The notes under the pieces were generated by a model, which saw only the letters and a list, made by a program, of their open reading frames with translations, was not told the origin of the DNA and made no database searches. From assembly GCA_002269645.1 (NCBI GenBank), contig NIVC01002297.1:62001-126000 (forward strand): 64,000 nucleotides of DNA. The letters run 5' to 3'. Within the stretch, counting starts at the first letter, position 1; each line of letters opens with the position of its first letter. The DNA comes from Macrostomum lignano (taxonomy: Eukaryota). Both the position numbers and the translations under genes were made by a program. Of this stretch, positions 31,071-43,813 are shown in pieces.

Positions 31071-33277
31071 ATGCTGAACGCCAGACGCAAGCGTACGACG
31101 ACTAATGACCAACAATTTCCACGCTACTGGGTTGGCAAGATTCTCGCCGGACGCAGCGCCGGCGAAAACGACCTGTTCTCTGAGGAGTACATCAAGGCCG
31201 AAGGTACGTCAGGCAGCGGCCCCTATGCGGAAGGGCAGCACGTAGAGGCCCGTACTAGCCAGCGAAGCAAGGCGCAAGCTGTCGAACTGGTACACGGACC
31301 AATTGCTGGTCCACGGAATACAGCCCTAAAGGAGCTTGGGAAATTCCGGAAGAAGTTCCTGGTGGCCAGTGGCGCTGTTGACCTCCCGGACGACGGTTGC
31401 AGCATGTGCGCCAGCTACCGGCAGGAGGTTGGCACCCTGAAGACGCGTCTCCGCCAGATGCAGGACCTGCAAGAGTCCCAGCGGGAGGTCCACAGTGCTG
31501 TGGTGGAGGACCTGGAGCGAAAGGTGGAAAAACTGCGTTCGGAGCTGGACGTGGCGAAGAAGGAGCTGGAACAGCTGGGGGACGCTGAACAGCAAGGTGC
31601 TCATGACGTCTTCTACGAGCGCTGGCGTCGATCGGCAGATCAGCTCAAAGCGGTGACGGCGATACAGCAGACGCTGCTGCAGGCCATGCACAAGACGGCT
31701 GTTTGCCTGGGAAGTGCTCAACAGGAGCTCATGGAGCAGACAGCTGCAGCAATCGCGTCCAGTGATGAGTCGTGTGGTATGAAGATCGCAGATCACACAC
31801 TTCAGATGCCATCCATGGCCTCTGTGGGAGGCGGGGACATGGTAGACGTCACGGCCAGTGCCACGGCGCCCGCGGATTCGCGGCTTGGAAGCTTGAGTGG
31901 CGCACTGCGATCGACGGTCGCGGCTAGCATGCGGTGTGCGCTCCCAAGGCTGGACGAAGCATCCCAGACGGCGAGGAACTCGGATGATGAGTTGGTACCG
32001 CTAGTAGGGTCTCACCCGGCTGTCTTTGTTAGGCACAGTTTCTTCGGCCCGATGCGCAGCACCGTAGCAGCGTTCCATAGGCAAAAAACGCAGACGAGCC
32101 AGAAGGCGCTTCTGCGCCTTCTCTGTCGTGAAGTTTTCACGGAGGAGGAGCAGCTGAATTGCTCCTTCACCGGTCGCCAGTGGGACGGCGGAAGAAACCT
32201 GCCGCCCATCCCTGAGGCCAAAAGGGAGGCCATTATTGCCTTCCTAAGCGACGTCAAAGTTCCGACTACGGACCCCAGCAGTGGAACCTGCCTGCTGGGG
32301 CGTGCTTTCGGCGCAGTGAAGGAGGTCACCTTGCGGTAAGGAATACGGTGTTCTATCATAAAAGTGGTAGCACTAGTACAAAGGGTAGCAGTGGCAATGG
32401 TTATATGGGCTGCATAACTACGGTAATATAATACTGTAATAGTGCACTACGTGCCTTATATACTGCTTAAACAACAGTATGCCATATGATTGGGAATAAA
32501 GGATTCCTGGAATGCTTGTCGATATGTAGTTAATTAGATGCACTTTCCATTTCCTAATCTTCCACGCCCACCGCATGCAGGAACAAGACCAAACGCGAAT
32601 CCGCTAACAAGGCCAACAGCAGGCCTGACGATCAGAACCCCACCGCTGCCACCGGAACTGCTGATGATCAGGCTGATGCTGACGCCGGCAGTGCCAGCCA
32701 GCATCAGAAGCGAAGGCGGACCGACAAGGAGGCGCCCACCAGCGGGGACGGCGCTTCCATCCGGAAGAGCAGCAAGCGCAGCAGGCCCGATGGTGTTGAT
32801 GAGGACGACAGCCGTCATTCAAAGTCGGCTTTTGGCCACGGCACCCACAACAGCAAAAAACATAAGAGCGATAGCAGCCGGCCGGCCTCTAGCCATCGCA
32901 GCGGCACCGGCCACGGCCGCGGCACTGGCAACGGCAGCGGCACTGGCAACGGCAGCGGCACTGGCCCCAGCAGCGGCACTGGCAATGGCAGCGGCACTGG
33001 CCCCAGCAGCGGCACTGGCAACGGCAGCGGCACTGGCCCCAGCAGCGGCACTGGCAACGGCAGCGGCACTGGCCCCAGCAACGGCACTGGCAACGGCAGC
33101 GGCACTGGCCCCAGCAGCGGCACTGGCAAGGGCAGCGGCACTGGCAACGGCAGCGGCACTGGCCCCAGCAGCGGCAGTGGCCCCAGCAGCGGCACTGGCA
33201 ACGGCAGCGGCACTGGCCCCAGCAGCGACACGGCCCATGTCGACGGCGACAAGGGCGACAGCGATCTAGGGGCCTAA
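31071..33277 (+). CDS. Transposon second ORF: coiled-coil plus putative BEN-domain DNA-binding protein with a Gly/Ser-rich tail, 2 exons
   Basis: Exons 31071-32335 and 32581-33277 (GT-AG, phase 2, in frame to TAA). Heptad region LKTRLRQMQDLQE...ELEQL. LLRLLCREVFTEEEQLNCSFTG...LPPIPEAKREAIIAFL...VKEVTLRNK fits the BEN-domain pattern. Upstream exons possible. Confidence 0.72.
32915..33225 (+). repeat. 18-bp coding repeat (GTGNGS / GTGPSS) in the BEN gene
   Basis: GGCACTGGCAACGGCAGC and GGCACTGGCCCCAGCAGC units. Confidence 0.9.
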
Positions 33278-34289
33278 GTCGGGGTCTAGGACGCGGGGAT
33301 TGTATGTTTAATTAAAGTATTGAAGTATAATTCCTAGCACAGTTGGGGGACCACGTAACGTCCACGATGCCATTGATAGACCCTTGAAGAAAAAAGTATT
33401 ATATAGCCTTAGTTTCCTTACTCTTCTAGCATTACTCTAAATGCGTATAGCATTATAGCTAAGAAGTTAGTTTTAAGCTTTTACGTTTAAGTTTTAAGTT
33501 TTAAGTTTTGAGCATTAGTTTGCACCTGCTTATACCGTAATGACCACCAAAGACCCGCTTACATTTCCGATGCGAGCATCCACCTCAAACCCCACCCCAC
33601 CTCAGACATTTATGGGAGTCGGATGGTATTTGGAGGTCCCGCTATAAGTGATTAGTAATATAAGTAGCAAAGTATAACGTAGGTCCAGTTACTTCCAGAA
33701 GTAGGTAGACGCTAGCTGTAGTAGTAGAAGTAGTAGTTGTAGTAGCAAGCGAAGGGGCAGCATTTTATTAAATTGTGTGTCATTTCCTTTTAACAGAACA
33801 CATAGCACGCGTACGTGTGCCCAAAATCCGAGTCTCTCTGCAGGGTTCAGTTTCTGTTTTATTATTTGTTTATTTTTATACGTGAATAATTCGTTGCCTA
33901 CCATCCCCACGCAACAGTTGTCGATTGGCACCAATTCCCTTCTGCTTTCGCCTCGGTCAACTGTCGAGCCTTTACAAGGCTAGTCATCCAAATAAATGGG
34001 TAATATTTATACATGTATCTACTTTTGGCCACCATCTATGTGACAATTACACTGTTCTGTCCATATTTCCTGCATTGCCTGCCACTTCTTTATGGAACGC
34101 ATGCTCGATAGGGGATACATGTACGTGGTACGTGTACGGGAATTCAGTGATGCTGGAGTTAAATTGCTGTCTCACGTCCACAGGTCTAATTTTATTTTAA
34201 TATAATTTTGCCATTACACTAATAACGTAATTAACTATTCCATTGATTCACGACACAAAATGCCTCCGATATATGGGAGCCGACACGAG

Positions 34290-34871
34290 GGCCAATGAGT
34301 GCCAATGTGAGTACCGATATGAGGGTTGACATGAGTGCCGATGGGAGTACCGATATACGGGCCTACGGGCCTACGTGCCGACAGGGGTGCCGATTTAGTG
34401 CCGATGGGAGTATCGATGAGTGCCGATTTGAGTGCCGATATGAGTGCCGATTTAGTGCCGACGGGAGTGTCGATGAGTGCCGATTTGAGTGCCGACGGGA
34501 GTGCTGACGGGAGTGTCGATGAGTGCCGATGTGAGTGCCGACGGGAGTGCCGACATGAGTGCCGACGGGAGTGCCGACGGGAGTGCCGACGGGAGTGCCG
34601 ACGGGAGTGCCGACATGAGTGCCGATGGGAGTGCCGATGGGAGTGCCGACATGAGTGCCGACGGGAGTGTCGACATGAGTGCCGACGGCGAATGGGCGAG
34701 GGTGCGGCGAAGGCTCTAGGTCAGTGCCGACGGCGAGTGCCGATGTTCAGTACCGACAGTACCGACCGTCGGTGCCGATATGAGCCACTTTACCGGACAC
34801 TCTGAGTGCCGACAGACCAGTGCCGATCCGTCGGCAGTCAGTGCCGATGGGGCCCCCGATTTTCAATCGGG
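34290..34871. repeat. Right subterminal repeat array plus right TIR
   Basis: Tandem GAGTGCCGAC(GG/AT) units ending in GATTTTCAATCGGG. Confidence 0.9.
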
Positions 34872-35361
34872 TCACCCCTTGCATGAAGCGATCCTTCGCG
34901 AGGTCGTCCTGCAGCTCGGCAGTTGCCGCCGGGTAGGCACAGCGCACCAGTTCAAGGAGAGCATCTGCGTAGGCCTCCAACGACTCGCCATCCTTCTGAT
35001 CTCGGGTTTTTAGCTCGACCTTGCTGTCCTGCTCTGTCCGGTACCGGGAGAAGCGAGCCTCCAACCGGGCGGTGAATCCCTCGTAGTCCAGCGGATCCAC
35101 AGGATCGTCGGGTCCCGGCAGGTTCAGATTATCGACCGCAGCGTACGCCGTAGCGAGATCCAGCATGCTCATCAAGTGCTCGCGGCGATGCTCCTCGTCA
35201 ATCTCGGCGGAGTCGCAATAAGCGTTGAAAGAGCGCAGCCAGAGTCGAAAATTCATGCTTGACGTGTACTTCACGGGCTTCGGGAGTCTCGGTGGCTGGG
35301 CTGGTCCATCCGCTCGCAGACGCTCGGCTAGCAGCCGAATCAGTTCGTCCACATTCGCCAT
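34872..35361 (-). pseudogene. gag: Truncated Ty3/Gypsy-like gag, cut at the CACTA right TIR
   Basis: KYTSSMNFRLWLRSFNAYC...LKTRDQKDGESLEAYADALLELVRCAYP...DRFMQG is a retrotransposon capsid pattern. ATG lies 24 nt downstream of the PBS. Confidence 0.85.
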
Positions 35362-35385
35362 GACAGCTCACAAGCAAACTGAGCA

Positions 35386-35403
35386 GTCCCTGTTCGGGCG
35401 CCA
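35386..35403 (-). promoter_or_regulatory. Primer-binding site complementary to tRNA-Lys(UUU)
   Basis: Minus strand TGGCGCCCGAACAGGGAC, the known 18-nt tRNA-Lys3 PBS, 1 nt after the LTR end ...TACAACA. Confidence 0.92.
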
Positions 35404-35404
35404 A

Positions 35405-36296
35405 TGTTGTATCCCCCTTCCTCGCTGGCACGGCCGGGTTGGGCGACGGGTAGCGGTGTCGGGGTTCGGGTACTAGACTGCCCAGGGCTTACGAGCTCGA
35501 TCGGCGACCCCGAGGCGTACGGACACTTCGGGGGAGGTCAAGGTTGAGAAGTCGAGAGAGAGGGGAGGGGCGGCTGTGGGCGGGCGGCCACTCGACAGCC
35601 TGGTGAGTCAAGGAAGAGAGAGAGGGCTGCGGGCGGTCGGCCACTCGACAGCCTGGTGAGTCAAGGAAAAGAGAGAGGGCTGTGGGCGGGCGGCCACTCG
35701 ACAGCCTGGTGAGTCAAGGAAGAGAGAGAGGGCTGCGGGCGGTCGGCCACTCGACAGCCTGGTGAGTCAAGGAAAAGAGAGAGTGAGAGAGAGAGAGATC
35801 AGGAGAGCGACCCCGAGGAACACAGGCAATTGTCTCGACAGCTTACCGGGCCGGGTCGATTATAGCACTCATACACGGGAAGGCCGATCGATTGCAATAA
35901 ATTGAGTCTTCGCAGTAAGAGACCGTCTCTACGGTTGATCGCTGGTCACGTTCGTTTATTTATCGCGGTGGGCGCAAATGGGCGCAGGCACGGTGAGAAA
36001 AGGGGCGGGGTCTGAGCGTCGCCTTAAATAACGAGTAAAAAGGGGCAGGGGCGCAAACAAGGGGGGGGGGAGAAAGGGCTTAAACAATGGAGCTGATTGA
36101 CAGCTGATTGGCTGCGGCGAGGGGAGGGTGGAAGCGCGCACGGCCAGGGAGAGGGAGAGAGAGCAGAGGCCCAGCCAATCAGCACGGCTAGCCAAAGGGC
36201 TAAACAGCCAAGGCGAGAGAGAGAGAGAAAGAGAGCAGAGGCTCAGCCAAAGGGCTCATAGCTCCAGACTGGCTTGAGCCGGGGGGGGGGGTAACA
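35405..36296 (-). mobile_element. 5' LTR (892 bp) of an LTR retrotransposon
   Basis: Minus strand TGTTAC...TACAACA termini followed by PBS and gag. CCAAT boxes near 36105 and 36175, GC box near 36003, TATTTAA 36024-36030, AATAAA 35955-35960, four 53-bp repeats at 35586-35780. Confidence 0.85.
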
Positions 36297-37523
36297 ATAA
36301 TCAACTACCAAAGTCAACAACTATCAAAGTGCACTTGCACCAGGGGAGCACTGTGACACAGGTCACAACACCTGCAACAACAAAAAAACGACTCATTTTG
36401 TCTGCAAGCATGTACGTTTTTTAGTTTTTCATAAATAAACCATAAAAATAGTGCTGCATGTTTAAACTGTTGAAGGCTTTATACTTGATACATATTTCAG
36501 CACATAAAGCTGGTTAAATGGTTAGCAATCTGCTTCCCACGGCAAAAGGGATCAATAATTAATACAGCGAGCCACATGATTGAGAGGTATGATATTGGAA
36601 GGGAAGCCCTTGCCTTGCCATCGATCGTGTCACGTGAGGGGGTGCAGACAGTTGGGGTACCATTAGAGACGAGTATAATTTTGGCCATAAACTTTTCCGT
36701 AAAATTTTCCGGCAACTAATTCCGTCAAACAGAAAGCTACATTTCTACTTGCATACACATTTTAGCGTACAGATAAAACAGACGTAACATTAGGCCGTAT
36801 GAATAAAGTGAGCAGTTGCTCAAACTCAAACATCGACTCCGGTCTGCATGAATAAAGTGAGCAAGAGCTCATGAGCATTTGCTCAGGAGTAAGAACTTAC
36901 TTAAGAACTTAAGTAAGAACTTAAGCACTTACTTCTGTCAGTATGAATTAAAACCGGACCATAAATTATGAAGCATCTGCTCAAGAAAAAGTGAGGCTGC
37001 CCTAAAGCTGACTCCAGACGGTAAAAACCACTTTTTCCATTTTTTCTCTTTCTGTTTTTTTTCTTTTTTCAAATAAGAGCGCAAACGAGCCCAGACAGGC
37101 AATGCTGCTTGGATAACGCAATATTGTTACACTTATTGTTCTGTGGCGCGTGAGTCAGCTATCGAGCTGGCTGGCTTGGGCAAACCGACCAGCAGCCAGT
37201 CGTGCGGGGCCTGCGTACAAGCCCCGTACATTTATAGAGCTCGTCATTCATTCTGCTACAACAAACGACTTAAAGACTGTTAAAGCTTTTTTCACACTGG
37301 TTGAAGTTTGCTACACCTTTAGATTTTTTCAATCTTCATCGTAAGATTTCATAAACAGTTTTGTATTCATAAGTTTGTAAATGATTTTTCTGTGCATGTC
37401 TCCTATAGCCCATGTATATCATATTAGGAGTTGAATTTATAGTATTAAATTAAATTAAAAATATAGTTTATTCCACAGATTCTGTGGTTTATTCCTTGCC
37501 TTTGACTTTCAGACTGAACTAAA

Positions 37524-38803
<1,280 letters not shown>

Positions 38804-39835
38804 TCTCTACATAAAGAAACCATAGAAACGGGATTTTTCTAGACTGACTCTGTCTATGACAAAGACCCATTTACAGCTATGCGATCTCCAACGATATACA
38901 AAAAAATGTTTCCTTGGTTTTGGTTGTCTTATCGTTTCTTATCAAAAATCGTTTTTTTCACTTCTAGCCTATCTAGCCTATCTAGCCTATTTAATCTATC
39001 CTAAAGCATGTACGCGTTCTTGTTTTAATTAACTACTAGAACATTTTTTGTTACAATGTACTCGCTTTGGTGATTTTTTTCAATCGTTGATTTTAGTATA
39101 TAAGACTGTTAAATGACTATAATCTCAATGCTTTAACCTACAAATTGACTGTACCATCTGGAACTACAATAATTGAATCTTGCCATCATTATTCATTAAT
39201 AAATAATGGAGCCGGTTTCCTTTTATCATAAATAAATTCGAATATCATTGACAGTTTAGTCAATTTGTCGCTCTGCTGTTTGTTGTGTCGTGTAACCTGA
39301 CAGACCAACTTAATGATAGATTATATTTTACGCCAATATTTCTACTATAACGTAAATGCTACCTATATTATTATTGTCTATTACTTATACTGCCACTTTA
39401 AGTAGAGTAGTTGATAAATTATCTGTATAATGTATTATTAATCACGTGATATCTCTTGGCTCTTGAATTTATCGATCGTGCAGTTTTTCTAGTGTAGTTA
39501 AAATATCGATCATGTAGTTTTTCTTAAATAACAAAAATATAAATAAAGCAACTGTGCGCACCTAGCACTTTACTTTTCAACTCAACTGGAAAATTTCAAG
39601 CCTTGGCTACACAACACTGTTCACATACTATTTTAGAAAAGTTTTTTGTCCAACAAAAACCCTTTTTTACGGTTGAAATTCGGTTTGCCAATTTTATAAA
39701 CAATTGGACGAGCGATACGACTGGACACTAATTTGAATTCGTTAAATAGTGTCAAAACATTGAATGGGTTGTAAAATCAAGCTTATATTTTTGGGAGGAT
39801 TCATAGTACGTTATACACGATTTCACACCTGAGTA

Positions 39836-40610
39836 AACACCCTAATCCACACCTGAGCCACATCCTGATACACACCTGAGCCACATCCTCATCCACACCT
39901 GAGCCACATCCTCATCCACACCTGAGCCACATCCTGATCCACACCTGAGCCATATCCTCATCCACACCTGAGCCACATCCTGATACACACTTAATTATGC
40001 CACATCCTCATCCACACCTGAGCCACATCCTGATACACACTTAATTATGCCACATCCTCATCCACACCTGAGCCAAATCCTGATACACACCTGAGCCACA
40101 TCCTGATACACACCTGAGCCACATCCTCATCCACACCTGAGCCACATCCTCATCCACACCTGAGCCACATCCTCATCCACACCTGAGCCACATCCTAATC
40201 TACACCTGAGCCACATCCTAATCCACACCTGAGTCACATCCTGATCCACACCTGAGCCACATCCTGATCCACACCTTAGCCAAATCCTAATCCACACCTG
40301 AGTCACATCCTGATCCACACCTGAGCCACATCCTGATACACACTTAATTATGCCACATCCTCATCCACACCTGAGCCACATCCTGATACACACCTGAGCC
40401 ACATCCTCATCCACACCTGAGCCACATCCTGATACACACCGGAGCCACATCCTGATGCACACCTGAGCCACATCCTCATCCACACCTGAGCCACATCCTC
40501 ATCCACACCTGAGCCACATCCTAATCCACACCTGAGTAACACCCTAATCCACGCCTGAGCCACATTATGATCCACACCTGAGCTACATCCTCATCCACAC
40601 TTGAGCCGCA
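39836..40610. repeat. 23-bp minisatellite
   Basis: CCACACCTGAGCCACATCCTCAT units. Confidence 0.93.
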
Positions 40611-42852
40611 TACTGACACCCACCTTCAGCCACTTCAGCTGAGAATTTTTATCGGAAGGAATAATGAGGTCTTTCAGATACAAAAAAATTCAACAGTTCT
40701 GCTTGAAATTCATGCAGACTTCTTCGTCGCCTTGATCAACGTTTCACGCCACAGCTCTGCTTCAACGGAGGTTTGGAAGCTGATAGCGAGCAGCAGTCGC
40801 TGCTCCAAGGCTTCATCAGTCGGTAGGAGGCTGGAAGATGTTGGCGATGAAGTTCCACCAGCAGCGGCGGCTTTTGGGCTACCAAGCAGAAGTAGCTTGT
40901 TGCCGGGAGAAGCAGATTCGATCTATGGAATCAGTTATATAGGGTGATGCGAAAAGGTAGCGAATACGCTGAAGTGTACCGATGCAGTGCTGCTCACTTT
41001 GACACTGTGACAAATGCACTTCACGCGCAGGGATCCATGCTCTCACCTTAATCCCGTGCCACGCAGCGCGAGACGCCCTATCAATGGGCCACAGCAGCCT
41101 CCGCAATCGGCTGCGTCTCCAGGCAATGCTAAGTACATTTTGAGCACACCCGAGTCCAGATGAAGCTCTAGCCTAGTCGCCGTGGTGACAGAGCCGATTG
41201 TCGCACCTGGCGACATCAGAATGAGCAGGACATTTTGAGCACTGGTCAACAAGTTATAACTGCTGGCATCCTTGGATCGGGCTTCATTGTCTGGCGTGGC
41301 TTTTGCCTCAAAGTAGCGGAGAAAGCACATACTCAAGTATGGACCTCAGTAAAAGACTGGCTAGGGGAGCTCAATGCGCACAGTTTTCCGCTCGAATGGG
41401 ATCCAATCGAAATTTATATCGGGAAAAATCCACTGATATCGGAGGTGGCGAAATTTCATCTAAAAAGATTATAACTAGCCAACAGATGGCTCTCAAAGCT
41501 GGAAGAGAACTTGAAGACTAGATCAACAAACTGATTCGCTTTGATTGACAGGATGGGCTACGCAGTTAGTTCTCTCCTAGGATCATTTTCCATATCTTGG
41601 CTGCATTTGCTTGAAACCTTCTTGCCGCGGATATTTTATTGGCCAAATTATTTTTCCGAAACATCTAAGGAACTCGTGCCGACAGCTAATAGTTACGGTG
41701 GATGGAGATTCGAAATCGAGTCGAGTTCGAGTGCACTTTTAAGTACAGCACGGGTGCAGTGTGCGATTTCTTTCCTCGGACATTCTCAGTAGGGTGACAA
41801 ATTGATAGAATAATAACGGAACATCCTGCAGATAGAGTTTACTTGATGGCTTCCGCGTCCTTTTGTGCTTTCAAGCTGTGGACTTATAAACAAAGTTCTT
41901 GTTAAATATATAATTTCGACTCTCATCGCAGGTGTTTCTTAAAGTTTGCATGGCATGGACACGCGGCCTAAGAAATGCAATAAAAACGACAAGACAATAA
42001 TTGCCGAGAAGTTTGTGGGAACTCGAAAATCGAAAAAAGCAAACCTATGAGTAGCTGTTTCATGGATTTTACAAGCTAAATGTGGATTAGAATACCGGCA
42101 TCCAACATTGAAGGCATGCAAAAAAACTTCCGCTTCGTTACAACCGATTTTGGATCGAGTGCAACTACTGCGAAAAAGGCATGCATATGAGACAATAATC
42201 TAGCTAAATAATAGAAAAGTCTACAAAATATATGTAAACCAGACTGCAGTGCATCTAAAACTGGATTTTATTCCGTTGTCCCGATAAAAGCGCACGAATG
42301 TGGCATGTGGGAAACAGTTAATCGATAGTTTAGGGGTTCGGGCAGAAAACTCCCGTAAAAGACATGAGAAGGGGAGATTGGATTGTGTCACAGGGACAGA
42401 GGCAGACGGTTGCTGGTTAAAACTCGCTTCCTCATTGACTATTCAGGAATTCTTCCTTAATTGCAGACAGAAGTGTGGTAAAAAGAAAGAAAACAGGAAT
42501 TTTGAAGTCTTTTTTAAGTATTCCGAATCTACCCTCTGTGGCGCTTGTCGATCGAAACGATCAGAGGTGTTAGAAAAACAGTTTTGGACTATATGTTAAC
42601 AACAAGAATATACAAATACCATGGTAACCGAAACGTCTTCCTCTGGTCTGTTGCATCAGCCAACCAGCATCAGAAATTTTCTTTTGATGCGCCTTCCCCA
42701 ACATCCGGAGGGTTTAGCTCTTAGTAGATGACTGAGATTCTGTGAGAAAGCAGAACTCTCTGTGGATATTTCTAAAAATCAAATTACCACTGCTTTATAA
42801 TTTCTTTTTGGACTTTGATTTAGCTATCGTAGCAGTTTCTTTGCAACAATGG

Positions 42853-43296
42853 ATGTGCAAGCAAGGCTGGCGGTTGATTTTCTTGGCTCTACAATTTCCA
42901 GTTGCGATGCTGGAAACCTGCAACCTGATCACCGACCACTTGTGCATCAGGAGCGACTTCATTGAGACTCCAGGTGGCTCTGGGACAAAATATTTCTGTG
43001 CCTCGATGTGCAGCCGCAACAGGCGCGCTGTCAGGCGTTCAGCCTGGCTGACGGTCCGTGCCAGCTGTTCGTGTTCGACAAGTGCAGCAAGTCGGTGAGG
43101 GACTGCGGCTGCTCCAGGAGAGGCTGCAACATCACCGTTTGACGACAGCCTGTGGAACGCGAGGGAGCCGGACAACTACGGGCCACACGGAGAAAATGTG
43201 ATCGGCCGGTATTACCGTTGGGACAACCTGGCTGACTTCTGGGAATCGGTGGACAGATTTCGAGTCCTGTGCGAGTGCGTGTCGCCGTTTGTTTGA
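42853..43296 (+). pseudogene. Secreted PAN/apple plus C-type lectin gene, frameshifted and internally deleted
   Basis: Signal-like MCKQGWRLIFLALQFPVAML. CASMCSRNRR/CQAFSLADGPCQLF (apple-like). DDSLWNAREPDNYGPHGENVIG...LADF...VLCECVSPFV* (lectin C-half). At least two frameshifts. Confidence 0.65.
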
Positions 43297-43813
43297 GCTG
43301 CCGAGCAGCCAGTGAATTCAATGATGCGGAGTTGAAGAAAAATTAACTAATTAACCAAACAAATTAAACCTGCTTAAAGAGAATGAACTTACTCGTATTT
43401 AAAGTAAAAACATTTTATGCTGTTGTATTCTAAGCTTGTTAAGTTTTATTTTTACCAGCAGCAGATCAAAACAGCTCCATCCTCTATCATAGCAGTAGAA
43501 AAACCGCTTAACGAACCTGTTCTCAGCAGGCTCTTTTTTGTCAACATTGAATTAGCTAATCCTAAATATGTTCCCAGAGATATAACAATAGCCTCTTAAC
43601 TTTTTCCGAACTGATTTCCGAAATAAAAGTCTTAAAGCTTTAAAGTCTGTCTGACATATTTATCATAAATCATTGACGTAACTAAAACTGCGATGGGACG
43701 TTTGATTCAATTTACAAATTAATTTACAAAATAAGACTTTGTATATATGGCTCGTAGCTTCGAAGTCAAATGACTGAAAGCAAACATCAGTTTAAGCGTT
43801 TGAATTGAGTCAG

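Larger units (their letters stand above)
21018..34871 (+). mobile_element. CACTA/EnSpm (CMC superfamily) DNA transposon, 13,854 bp
   Basis: 14-bp TIR CCCGATTGAAAATC at 21018-21031 and its reverse complement at 34858-34871. Arrays of GTCGGCACT/AGTGCCGAC subterminal repeats at both ends. Internal CMC-type transposase and a second (BEN-domain) gene. No TSD seen. Confidence 0.88.

Noticed and set aside
42795-43175. 126-aa minus-strand ORF
   Set aside because: It is the antisense shadow of the plus-strand PAN/C-type lectin pseudogene.
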